Shown here in pieces: positions 30,831 to 40,608 of a stretch of 64,000 bases of DNA (position 1 is the stretch's first letter; each line of letters starts with the position of its first letter). The notes under the pieces are model-generated. The model was given only the letters and a program-made list of their open reading frames with translations, did no database searches and was not told the origin of the DNA. Location: the NCBI GenBank assembly GCA_913063325.1, contig CAJXYE010000021.1:215-64214 (forward strand), written 5' to 3'. Made by a program: the position numbers and the translations under genes. Origin of the DNA: an uncultured Colwellia sp. (GTDB taxonomy: Bacteria; Pseudomonadota; Gammaproteobacteria; Enterobacterales; Alteromonadaceae).

Positions 30831-31292
30831 CTACTGTGCCAGAATTGCCACTATTGGCTTTTGTTCTTTTGTTCTTTTGTTCTTTTGTTCTGCAGCTATT
30901 TTTTTCGCTTTAATCGATTTCGCGATGTCTTTAAATTCATAAGTTGGGTAGAACTCTGTTTTAAATGCTCCCCAAGCGGATTTTTCTACCACTAAATTCA
31001 ATCGGCGTAAATATTTTGGGTGAATTTTTAAAGTGATCACTTGACCCAAACCCATAGCGACATACCAAGACTCTATTTCCATACCTTCAGGTGGAAATGA
31101 TTGCCAAAATCGAGTTTCATCCATTTTAGCTTGTAACTCAGTTAAGCTTTTATCTTGTTGATGTCTTAAGATTATGGTCACCAATATTTTATCGCTATCT
31201 ATTTGGTATTCTTCTGTGGCGAGTGCTGGTTGTGAAAATGATAAACCACAAAGTAATGTGGTTAATATTAATAATTGTTTAACTTTTATCAT
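30831..31292 (-). CDS. Exported hypothetical protein
   Basis: Signal peptide ending ALA; core FWQSFPPEG..SWYVAMGLGQVITL..AWGAFKTEFYPTY; directly downstream of the second PL17. Confidence 0.75.
   Translation of the reverse strand: MIKVKQLLILTTLLCGLSFSQPALATEEYQIDSDKILVTIILRHQQDKSLTELQAKMDETRFWQSFPPEGMEIESWYVAMGLGQVITLKIHPKYLRRLNLVVEKSAWGAFKTEFYPTYEFKDIAKSIKAKKIAAEQKNKRTKEQKPIVAILAQ
30859..30890. repeat. 8-bp tandem repeat TTTTGTTC x4 in the 3' end of the 30831 ORF
   Basis: Read directly. Confidence 0.9.
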
Positions 31293-31413
31293 GTTTTATT
31301 TCTCTTGTGTAAGTTCGAACATGTTTTAAAACAGTGGTTTAATACAAGAGGATCACCGTAGCAACCCTCTTTTTATAAATAAAACGATTACAAATTAGAA
31401 CCGTTAAAAGACA

Positions 31414-33666
31414 CTACTTATCAGTAAAGTGATAAGCACCTGTCCAACGATATAACTTACCAGCTATTTTCAATTGATGCTTTTGGCTCGCTGAGGCGTT
31501 TAAATTGGCTAGAATGAATACACTCACAGTACCGCTTAAGTCTTTAATGGCAACCGCGGTGTAGCTTTCATCATCGTGCACTATTTCTAGTTCAGCAATG
31601 TTACTGTTAGAATTCACCGATGACTCTGAAACAGGGCTATAACTACCATGTGGCTCTATAACAGAGGCAAAAATCGTATTACCACTTTCTTTCCTACGAA
31701 TCATTAAAGCCGCATCTCTACGCAGATTAAAGTTAGGATCATTTGCACCTATACGTGTTAGCAGTAATTCATCACTTGGATTGGTTGCGGTTGTTAACGT
31801 GTAGAACTTACCATTACCCAACCATGAGAATTGTGTGGTGTCGGAAGACGGCTTGCCTTTACCTTCTAAATACAAATGTTGATAACCGTTGGCTGACCCT
31901 AAGGCACTTAAGCTTGATGGGCTGTCATATGAAAAATTCATTTTGATCACTTGCCCGATAAAGTAGAAAGGGAAATCATATTGATTTTTACTCGTCGACG
32001 TCACTTTCATAATATCTAATACAAATGCTTTGTCGAAGTTTTTAAGCTTCATCATTGCCATGGTTCTATGCATTTCAGTACCTGGATAAGCATTGACTTC
32101 TGTCGCACTTACTACTTGAATATTTGGCTTGGTGTCATCATAGAGATATAAATCTGAGTGTTTTGTGCTCGCGGTTGCATACTCGCCATCAAAATGCATT
32201 TCTGTGTTTTGAGATAGGGTATTATGTGCAATCGTTGTTTTGGCCCAGGTTTTATTTTCTTTTAAATAATTACCACCACCTTTTTGACCAATGTTAACAA
32301 AACGAGCAAGACCGTAATCCTGTATGACTTCATCGCCCTTTTCATGCAGTGAATAAGACAGTTTGTCATAATGGCCATGGCTTAATCCTTGTGCAGCATA
32401 TTTAAATACTAAGCTTAACTCTTCATTGCCATAGCGAAGTACACTAACACCACCTTGCTTACCCTTTATGCCATCACTTAAATTGATCGACTTTTTGGTA
32501 AAAGGTTGTGCTTTTCCATCACGAATGCCAATGGCAACATCAAGCCCTGACACGTCTAATAGAACCTGATTTTGTTTTTCAGCAATACTAAGTAATTGTG
32601 GATTTTTCGTGCCGTAATGGTAAGCAATATTAACGGTACTTACTAAAGAGGCTGTATAATAAGACATGCCTTTTTGACCATCATTTAATGGGAAAAACTC
32701 GCCATCGGCATCCGATAAATTAAGCAGTGCATTCACGCCTTTGAGAAGTACGTTCTCTTTGTGCTGTAGTACTTTTAATTCGGGTCTTTCATTGTGCATT
32801 GCCAGCGCAAAAATCAAAAATGGATACATGGCATACCGTTGATAGTATGGACCTTCGGTGTAATAACCATCAGGAGAGAAAGGTTCATCAAGGTTAGCCA
32901 AGAAACCTTTCTTCTGTCCCACTACTTTTATTATGCCACCATCATTGTCTCTGCCACCGACTGGCAGACCATCGTCTGTTATGCCGTATAATGCTCTTTG
33001 AATGAGCTCTTCATCGTCCATAACCAAACCAATCATACCGACAGCTGCATTGCCCCAAGTACTATGGTTATGTACACGATTATAGAATTTTGGATTTTCT
33101 AAAGAGATATAATCAGCAAAGGGACGAAATAAGTTATTCTCTAACGTAGAGCGCTCTGCTGCTGACAGAAAATTATAAATAGTATCATAGGCTTGGCTCA
33201 TATAAACCAGCCAGTTACTGTCATTCAAGCATTGCCAAAATAGTTTACCACGTGCATAAGACCTTTTCTGAGGGTGAGCGGGTAGATTCTTATACATGGC
33301 TTCATATTGGAAGAGCATATCGCGGACATAGACCGCGTATTTATCATCTTGTAAAATTTGATACAAGGCACCCGCTTTTTGAGCAAACTTGAAGTTTTGT
33401 TTATGCCTAAAATGGGTATAACCACCGGAAAAATCTTTTGGAATGGGGGTATCTATGCCAAAGGCGATTTCGACATCTACTTCTTCTTTAACACTTTTTA
33501 ACGTTGCATCGAATAAAGGCACTTGGCCTAAATGCTTTCTAATTTTTTCTACTCCGGACTTGGTCATAATCAAGTTTGGATGTTCTTGTGACTGCACACA
33601 TAGGGGGGTAGACAGTGTAGTTACCATGAGTAACAAGGCAGTGACGCTAATTTTGTTCATCGCCAT
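31414..33666 (-). CDS. Second oligoalginate lyase, PL17
   Basis: SGGYTH, LFWQCLND, HNHSTW, EGPYYQRYA, SHGHYDKL, AHNT; signal peptide. Confidence 0.9.
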   Translation of the reverse strand: MAMNKISVTALLLMVTTLSTPLCVQSQEHPNLIMTKSGVEKIRKHLGQVPLFDATLKSVKEEVDVEIAFGIDTPIPKDFSGGYTHFRHKQNFKFAQKAGALYQILQDDKYAVYVRDMLFQYEAMYKNLPAHPQKRSYARGKLFWQCLNDSNWLVYMSQAYDTIYNFLSAAERSTLENNLFRPFADYISLENPKFYNRVHNHSTWGNAAVGMIGLVMDDEELIQRALYGITDDGLPVGGRDNDGGIIKVVGQKKGFLANLDEPFSPDGYYTEGPYYQRYAMYPFLIFALAMHNERPELKVLQHKENVLLKGVNALLNLSDADGEFFPLNDGQKGMSYYTASLVSTVNIAYHYGTKNPQLLSIAEKQNQVLLDVSGLDVAIGIRDGKAQPFTKKSINLSDGIKGKQGGVSVLRYGNEELSLVFKYAAQGLSHGHYDKLSYSLHEKGDEVIQDYGLARFVNIGQKGGGNYLKENKTWAKTTIAHNTLSQNTEMHFDGEYATASTKHSDLYLYDDTKPNIQVVSATEVNAYPGTEMHRTMAMMKLKNFDKAFVLDIMKVTSTSKNQYDFPFYFIGQVIKMNFSYDSPSSLSALGSANGYQHLYLEGKGKPSSDTTQFSWLGNGKFYTLTTATNPSDELLLTRIGANDPNFNLRRDAALMIRRKESGNTIFASVIEPHGSYSPVSESSVNSNSNIAELEIVHDDESYTAVAIKDLSGTVSVFILANLNASASQKHQLKIAGKLYRWTGAYHFTDK

Positions 33667-33912
33667 TTTCTCCGATTTATTAATGTTAAAACGTGATGAC
33701 CTCTAGACAGGATACGGACTAACGAGTGCTCATCCGGATAGTATTTACTGGATTATCGATTAAATAGCAAATCACAACCTTAGCAATAAAGGTGAAATAA
33801 CCCTTAACATCCCAACTTAGCTAGAGATCTAATTAATACCAATTCGTATAAGCAAGTGATTACTTCTTTATGCGGAATGCTATAACTAAAATATTAAACT
33901 GTTTTAAAGTAC

Positions 33913-33937
33913 TAACCCCAGCAAAAAGCTGGGGTTA
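33913..33937 (-). terminator. Stem-loop after the TBDR gene
   Basis: TAACCCCAGC-AAAAA-GCTGGGGTTA perfect inverted repeat. Confidence 0.7.
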
Positions 33938-33991
33938 GGTTTAGTCGCACTTTATAACTTCCTTGTGCTTGGTAATATGCTGATTGCCTGT

Positions 33992-36934
33992 TTAGAAGCG
34001 GTAGCTAGCACCAATAGTAACTCTTCGGTCTGGAAGACCGACGAAACATAGTAGCGCATCATCTTTAACACAATATTGCTCAATACGCTCTTCCGTTAAG
34101 TTTACCGCTTCAATGCCAACATTAAACTTAGCAGTAATTTCATAATTTACACTAGCATTAAGCTGGCCTCTCGCTGCTGTAACAACAGGGAAGCTAAGCG
34201 TACTACTACCACTGGTATTAGCACCGCCACCGAAATCGTTGGTACGGAAAGCATCACGCCATGTGTAACGCATACGAGCTGATAAACCAAACTTTTCATA
34301 GTATAAAGTAAAGTTGTACGCTGTTTCAGAGAAATCAAGTAAACCGCGATCTATACAAACATCACCAAGAACAGTTAAACCACGACCTGAAGTACAATCT
34401 TCAACTGAACCACCCGAAAAGTCTTGAATAGTGTAGTTGGCAACAACACCAAGGCCTGATGCCCAGCCTAAGTTTTCTTCAAAGCTTGAAAGATCATATT
34501 GGAAAGCAAACTCCCAGCCTTTTTGAGTGGTAGTCTCTGGATCATTACCTGGTTGAGTGAAGTCAACACACATACCCAATGTATTTGGATCACCTAATAC
34601 ATTTGGTACAACATCTGGGTTGTAGATACCGCCGCCTGGACAGCTTGGGTCTGTTTCACGGACGAAACCACCTGAGCCATCTGGAGTAACTAGCGCGCCT
34701 TCAAAATCTTGACCAAAGATGTTAGTACGATCTTTCTGAAAATAGCCAACACTTACCACGGCGGCTTCAGCAAAATACCATTCTAATGAAAGATCCAATG
34801 ACGTTACTTCTTCAGGCTCTAAACCAGGATTACCTAAAGCAACAGAAGCATTTTCACTAGGATCAAATCTAAATGATGAAGCTAGGTTATCGAAACCAGG
34901 GCGTCGAATGTCGTCGCCGTAACCAAATCGAAGCACTACATCATCAGTTAAATCTGCAACTATGTTCAAACGCGGTAATAAAAAGTCATAACTACCCGTT
35001 GTTGTGGATAATGCTCTAGTACCATTTACGTCTTCAGGGCCGTAACCTACTGAGTCAATTGATGTATCTATATAACGTACGCCAATATTACCGCGTATCA
35101 TTTCCCACTCAAAATTCGCTTGTGCGTAAAGCGCATGGGTTTGTTCTTCAACATTATAATAAGCATTTTGATCAGATTGTAGGTCTAGAATATCAGGACT
35201 ATCTGGATCATGCTCAATTACAGCATTTTGTAGTATTTCTATCACGCCTTCAGGGTCAGAAAAAGCACGGTCAGGGTCGATAAGAAGGAAGTTAGCAACG
35301 TATAAATCTCTGCCATCGGCATCACCATAGTTGTCCGGCCCAGCAACCAACAGCTCTTCAAAAAGCAGACCGTTAGGACTATCTACCATTTGAGCGAAGC
35401 CGCCAATATTATCTCTGATTCGATTATATTCACTTGAAGATTGGTTGTAGCGATAACCAAAATCAACCGAGGTGACAAGACTGTCATCAATAAAATAGCT
35501 AAAGTCGGTGCGGAAACCCTGTTCTTCGTTATCCTGTGTATCACGTCCAACTGCTACTTGGTCTAAAACAACATTAGCTGGATTAGTTAAGTCAGCAACA
35601 GAAGGTGCATAGGGTGAATCAAAATTAATACCAAAAGCTAATGCACCACCAGACAAGTCATATTTAAATGGCACACAGTTATCGTTGCTCGTCGCGTCAA
35701 GCGGACAATTAGGGTTAATAAAGTTTAAGGTAGTACTGATATTCGGGTTTGACGTTTCAGAAGTTGACGATGATACTTCAGCAGATACTAACAGGTTATC
35801 ACCTTGCCATTCACCACCAAAAACAAATACGTTATTATCTGTTACTCGAGAAGTGGTATCACTTGAAAAACGCAAGTTTGGATCGTCATCATCATTAACT
35901 AGGTCTGGCTCAAGATTACCAATAAGGGCTGCTTGATAACTGCCTATGCCATAACCATAATCTACTGTTTCAAACGCGGTAGGTTGACTACCCGGTAAAT
36001 TTCTTAACGAGCTCACACCTGAGGCTTGAATTCTATATGAGTCTTGACTGCGCTCTTGTGAATTAACAATAGCATCTACATGAAACTTTAAATCGTCGTT
36101 AGGGGCCCATTCAAATGTAGCCGCAAGATTGGTGGTTTCATAATCAAAGTTTTCTTGCTCTTGAACAAGGAATTGAATACCCTGAAATTGACTACCATCT
36201 TCTCTAGTAACGAGGTTATCGCGATCGGTACGAGGACGAAATGAAACAGATTCTTGCTCGGTATAACTACCACTTATTACAAAACCAAATTTACCTGAAT
36301 CAGTTTCCCAATTATCGCCATACGCACCTGATAATCTAGGTGTCATGCTTTCATCGCTCAGGCTACTTTGTTCACCCTGTACTCGAATATTGCCTAACAT
36401 TTCTGTCAATTCTAGCGGGCGGATAGTTTTTAAGTTGATGGTACCACCAATAGAGCCTTCTACCGTTTTAGCTTCAGGTGCTTTGGTTACTTCAATACCG
36501 GCAATAATCGACGCGTTAACATCTTCAAAATCAATACCGTTACGACCAGATCCTGAACCTACGGTAGCCACACCATTAATTTCTACACGGTTAGCATTTG
36601 AACCACGAATTTGTACACCGTTACCAACACCTGCTCTTCTGGTAATTTGAACGCCGGTAATATTTTCAAGTACTTCAGCTAAATTTTGATCAGGTAATTT
36701 ACCAATATCAATTGCATCAATAACTTCAACTAAGTTTGTGGTATCACGTTTTGCTGCAAGCGCACTGGTAAGAGATGCTCGCATGCCTGTGACCTCTATA
36801 ACTTCAACAGCTTGCTCTGCCTTTGCTTGATCTTCTGCTTCTGCAGCAAAAGCGGACGAGGCCATACTCACCGCGGTAGCTGATAGCACCGCTAAGGTAA
36901 TTTTAGATAACTTATGTTTCATTTGTTGTCTCAT
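33992..36934 (-). CDS. TonB-dependent receptor (alginate locus)
   Basis: EVIEVTG TonB box, DIGKLPDQNLAEVL plug, GNPGLEP, C-terminal YRF. Start ATG at 36934 or 36922. Confidence 0.93.
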   Translation of the reverse strand: MRQQMKHKLSKITLAVLSATAVSMASSAFAAEAEDQAKAEQAVEVIEVTGMRASLTSALAAKRDTTNLVEVIDAIDIGKLPDQNLAEVLENITGVQITRRAGVGNGVQIRGSNANRVEINGVATVGSGSGRNGIDFEDVNASIIAGIEVTKAPEAKTVEGSIGGTINLKTIRPLELTEMLGNIRVQGEQSSLSDESMTPRLSGAYGDNWETDSGKFGFVISGSYTEQESVSFRPRTDRDNLVTREDGSQFQGIQFLVQEQENFDYETTNLAATFEWAPNDDLKFHVDAIVNSQERSQDSYRIQASGVSSLRNLPGSQPTAFETVDYGYGIGSYQAALIGNLEPDLVNDDDDPNLRFSSDTTSRVTDNNVFVFGGEWQGDNLLVSAEVSSSTSETSNPNISTTLNFINPNCPLDATSNDNCVPFKYDLSGGALAFGINFDSPYAPSVADLTNPANVVLDQVAVGRDTQDNEEQGFRTDFSYFIDDSLVTSVDFGYRYNQSSSEYNRIRDNIGGFAQMVDSPNGLLFEELLVAGPDNYGDADGRDLYVANFLLIDPDRAFSDPEGVIEILQNAVIEHDPDSPDILDLQSDQNAYYNVEEQTHALYAQANFEWEMIRGNIGVRYIDTSIDSVGYGPEDVNGTRALSTTTGSYDFLLPRLNIVADLTDDVVLRFGYGDDIRRPGFDNLASSFRFDPSENASVALGNPGLEPEEVTSLDLSLEWYFAEAAVVSVGYFQKDRTNIFGQDFEGALVTPDGSGGFVRETDPSCPGGGIYNPDVVPNVLGDPNTLGMCVDFTQPGNDPETTTQKGWEFAFQYDLSSFEENLGWASGLGVVANYTIQDFSGGSVEDCTSGRGLTVLGDVCIDRGLLDFSETAYNFTLYYEKFGLSARMRYTWRDAFRTNDFGGGANTSGSSTLSFPVVTAARGQLNASVNYEITAKFNVGIEAVNLTEERIEQYCVKDDALLCFVGLPDRRVTIGASYRF

Positions 36935-37082
36935 TTTTCTCTCCAAGTGCAGTGGTCAAAAAGAACTAAATACCCCTATTTAACACTGCATTATTTATTA
37001 TAGTTATTGACCTTGAACATCAAGTTTAAATATAACTTGTAAAACGTTTCAACGCCATGACCAAATATTCCACAAATAAACG

Positions 37083-37178
37083 AATTGGTCAACCATGATA
37101 TAAATGGTAAACCTTGTTTTCGTATCACTTAACCATACCAATAAAAGAATTGTATTATTACCAATTAACATTACCAAT
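37083..37178. promoter_or_regulatory. Cluster of FadR/GntR-type operator-like sites upstream of the second TBDR
   Basis: AATTGGTCAACCAT (37083-37096), ATGGTAAACC, ATACCAAT, ATTACCAATT, TTACCAAT. Confidence 0.6.
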
Positions 37179-37878
37179 AAGGATTTTTTATTTATATGGG
37201 TAATATCAATAACTTAAATACTTCACATTAAAATATCGTTCATAAATAAAATTTTCTATTTGAATAAAAAAAATGCATATATTTTTTGCTTATATGCAAT
37301 ATAAATAAGAACAATGAGGTAACTTATTGCAATTAATTGACATTACAATACATTTACAACTAAGAAGTGAATCCAGATCCGCGCATCAATGCAATGGCTT
37401 TGCCGTTAAAGATGATCTCTATTAACGCGAATGAGGATATTACTAGGGCTAAAGTTAGATGGCTCAATCTCTTAGGATTGATATTGAGCTGAGGGAAGTC
37501 GTGCAAATGCCATGGTCACAATACCACCCAGGGAGACTGCGGTAACATACCTTTGGCTCTCTGGAAAATAATAGATATATGAGATAAACCAACGTACGAT
37601 AATGGTCAGGAATTATTATATTTAATGGATTTATTTCATGTGGAAGTCAGTTAAGTTAACCTAACCTCGATTCAACATACAACTAACACTTTGAAATTAT
37701 TGTAAATATCCAATTCAGCATCTATAGCGAGAATGGCTTTCTTAATTAAGGGTAAATTACACAATATTAGCTTGTCTATTGTAAGCACATTTAAAGAAAG
37801 AATGAGTAAACGTGCTTCTTATTTATTAAGATTAACTAAGGAATAGAACAGCTTTTAAGCTAATTGTTATATTTGAAT

Positions 37879-37937
37879 AAAAAAAGGCCTCTCGAAAGAG
37901 AAGCCCACCACAGAGTAGTTTTACCTACACATTCCCA
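37879..37937 (-). terminator. Terminator with conserved upstream element (copy B of putative sRNA 3' end)
   Basis: Minus strand TGGGAATGTGTAGGTAAAACTACTCTGTGGTGGGCTTCTC-TTTC-GAGAGGCC-TTTTTT. Confidence 0.75.
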
Positions 37938-38045
37938 TCACAGAATTTAGTTAGTAACAAAACCTGAAAGATTCATATTACTAAATTCCCTTACTACGGG
38001 TGTCGGTATTACCAGTCTTATCACCGTAGTAAGATTTTATTCAAA

Positions 38046-38930
38046 TTACTTCGCTAATTCAGTATTAAAGTAGTCAAAAATTACTGGCACGTCATTTTGT
38101 CCAAGACCAGCATCAACAGCAGCTTGTAGGTTAGCAGAAGTACCTTGAGCTATTAAAGACTCGCCACCTAGGTCTGCAACCATTTGGTTGAAGTAACCAA
38201 GATCTTTATTTGCGTTAGCAACAGAGAAACCTAGTTTTTCTTCGCCGTCGACAGCATAGAACTTAGTGAACTGCATGAATGGTGAGTTAGACGGGCCAGC
38301 TGACATGATGTCAAACAATTGTTGGCCATCAACACCAGCCGCTTTTGCAACAGCAAACGCTTGTGACATAGCTGTAACTGTAGTCATACCAATGAAGTTA
38401 TTGATTAACTTAGTAGTGTGACCTGCACCAAGAGCGCCTAGGTGGAATACATTTTCGCCTTGCTGTTCTAAAACAGGCTTAACTTTGTTGAAGGTATTGA
38501 TATCACCAGCAGCCATGATGTTTAATAAACCATCTTTAGCGTGTGCAGGAGTACGACCCAAAGGAGCGTCAATCATACCTGCGCCTTTCTTAGCAAGGTC
38601 AGCACCTATTTTACGAGTAGAATCTGGAATAGAAGTACCAAAATCAACTAATGTTTTGCCTTCAGTCATACCAGCTAAGATACCGTCTTCAGCGTAAACT
38701 ACCAACTCAACAACTTTTGAAGTGGTAAGGGCAAGCATCACAATGTCACTCTTTTCAGCTAATTCTTTTCCTGAGGAAATTTCAGTAGCATTACCACGAG
38801 CAATAACTTTCGCAACAGCATCTTTATTAAGATCCATTACATTTACTTGAAAACCACGTGTTTGTAGGTTCTCAACCATGTTGCCGCCCATAAGGCCAAG
38901 GCCGATAAATCCGATGATAGGTTTTGTCAT
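38046..38930 (-). CDS. NAD(P)-dependent beta-hydroxyacid dehydrogenase family enzyme; candidate DEH reductase
   Basis: GFIGLGLMG, DAPLGR, KLINN motifs; operator-like sites upstream; no other reductase in the locus. Family call is firm, substrate is inferred. Confidence 0.8.
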   Translation of the reverse strand: MTKPIIGFIGLGLMGGNMVENLQTRGFQVNVMDLNKDAVAKVIARGNATEISSGKELAEKSDIVMLALTTSKVVELVVYAEDGILAGMTEGKTLVDFGTSIPDSTRKIGADLAKKGAGMIDAPLGRTPAHAKDGLLNIMAAGDINTFNKVKPVLEQQGENVFHLGALGAGHTTKLINNFIGMTTVTAMSQAFAVAKAAGVDGQQLFDIMSAGPSNSPFMQFTKFYAVDGEEKLGFSVANANKDLGYFNQMVADLGGESLIAQGTSANLQAAVDAGLGQNDVPVIFDYFNTELAK

Positions 38931-39570
38931 ATCTAATTCCTAAATATATTGTGTATGTTTATCTGAGTGTGAAATTGCTCACCTAGGACTCAGAATAATG
39001 TCTAATATAAATAACCAGTTGCACTAAACTTTTATAAAGCAATTTAGTTGGAAAGTTCCATTCAAATGGTGACTGTTATATCCCTTTTAAAAATACCGAT
39101 TTTAATTTACTAAGATTTTAGTTCCATATTAACCAAACACCTAACCTAGTGCCAAACCAAATAGTTATTTTGGTAATAACCCACCACTTATATTGTCAAG
39201 CGAGGTAGTTGCACGTTTTATATTGGAAAATATCAATTTGATAATTCTAGTTATTAGCTTACTAATCGTTTGGTTAATACCTTGCCCAATCAGGCACAAC
39301 CAAATACTAACCAAACCAACATAATGTGTCAACCAATAAAGCAATATTGGTAATAACAAATGGTAGCTACGGGTAATGACGCGAGGTGATAACAACATTA
39401 ATAGTACTGGTAATAAGACACAAATCATTAAGTCGATTGGCAGATGAGTTGATTGGGAGCTAATCATCAGTCCAAATTAATGAAAGGTAATGAACAGCTA
39501 GATAAAGCGGTTAATGGATATATAAAATCGAGACAAGATTTAGTTAATCTAAACTATCGATAAGTAGAGC

Positions 39571-40317
39571 TTGCTCACTACTCCCCTTTATCCGATTCTC
39601 GGCGTTAAAACGTCGATATATAACCCGTTATGGTTATTGTTGGAGACTAACGAGCTACCAAACACGGATGCTGTTAGGATTTCGAGTTACTTACCTTTTG
39701 ATATTCAAAAACAACTGCTATCAAACGATCGGAGAATAATTAAGGGAGATACAAGAGCGATATATAAACTATCCCGATTAAATACATTGGATGCATTGGC
39801 CGCAATACTAATAATTTTCCTACATATCAAAACTTCTATCTCAGATCATTTAACTTATTTCGTGAACCAAGAAATAACACTGCTCATATTTCGTTTGTTT
39901 TTAATAAGGTTTCATAATTATGATGCGGGATATTATCTAATCAGGAAATTATCATTATTATTTAGAAAAATAGAATTGCCTCCAGACCAAACTCATGCCT
40001 TTTTTACCATCTGGAAAAATGAGAAACCTCATAGTTTTCAACTGCCCATGACTTTATCTGGTATTACTAGCTCAGAAATACTCCAAGGTTGTTGCGAGGT
40101 GTCAGAGTATATTACTAATACGGCAATTGTATTGTTAGAAAAAGAAAACACCGCATCAATAAAAAATCAAATTTATAATAGTCTCAATTATAATAGTCTC
40201 AATTATAATAATTTGGATGAATTAACTTGGAATTTTTATCAAATAGAGACAGGAAGTCACCCTAGAAAAATTTCTCTATTGTGGAGGTTAAGAGATCAGC
40301 TACCCACTCCGAACTAG
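39571..40317 (+). CDS. Hypothetical protein, possibly 5'-degraded
   Basis: 248-codon open frame in AT-rich DNA, TTG start, no recognisable motif; contains a 15-bp duplication (NSLNY x2). Confidence 0.5.
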   Translation: MLTTPLYPILGVKTSIYNPLWLLLETNELPNTDAVRISSYLPFDIQKQLLSNDRRIIKGDTRAIYKLSRLNTLDALAAILIIFLHIKTSISDHLTYFVNQEITLLIFRLFLIRFHNYDAGYYLIRKLSLLFRKIELPPDQTHAFFTIWKNEKPHSFQLPMTLSGITSSEILQGCCEVSEYITNTAIVLLEKENTASIKNQIYNSLNYNSLNYNNLDELTWNFYQIETGSHPRKISLLWRLRDQLPTPN

Positions 40318-40340
40318 GATCCATATATTGGCAAAAACTA

Positions 40341-40470
40341 TCGCAATAGTGGCGGGTTTATTTTGGTACTACTGGTGGTTTTAGATCGTTAAGGTGGTCG
40401 AAAACATCGGAATATACAGTTGTATATTCCACTCCAACCTGACCACATATCCAAACAAAAACCGCCGCGA
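40341..40470. repeat. Nested inverted-repeat element (REP/MITE-like)
   Basis: Core GGAATATACA-GT-TGTATATTCC (40409-40430), inner GTGGTC/GACCAC, outer GGCGGGTTTATTTTGG / CCAAACAAAAACCGCC. Confidence 0.6.
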
Positions 40471-40608
40471 TTCGATTGAAAAAACGCCACCTTTCCGCTC
40501 GAAACACGCCAGTTCCTATGAACAAACCACTCCAAATTAAGTCGTCGGAGTAATGGCTCTTTTTACCACATTGCAGACTTAATTATTGGAACAATCACCT
40601 CCAGTTGT

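Noticed and set aside
37380-37580. Possible hydrolase remnant on the minus strand (YVTAVSLGGIVTMAFAR)
   Set aside because: A single short motif with stops nearby; not enough evidence.
39165-39467. 100-aa hydrophobic ORF
   Set aside because: Coincides with the operator-dense promoter region of the reductase gene; probably spurious.
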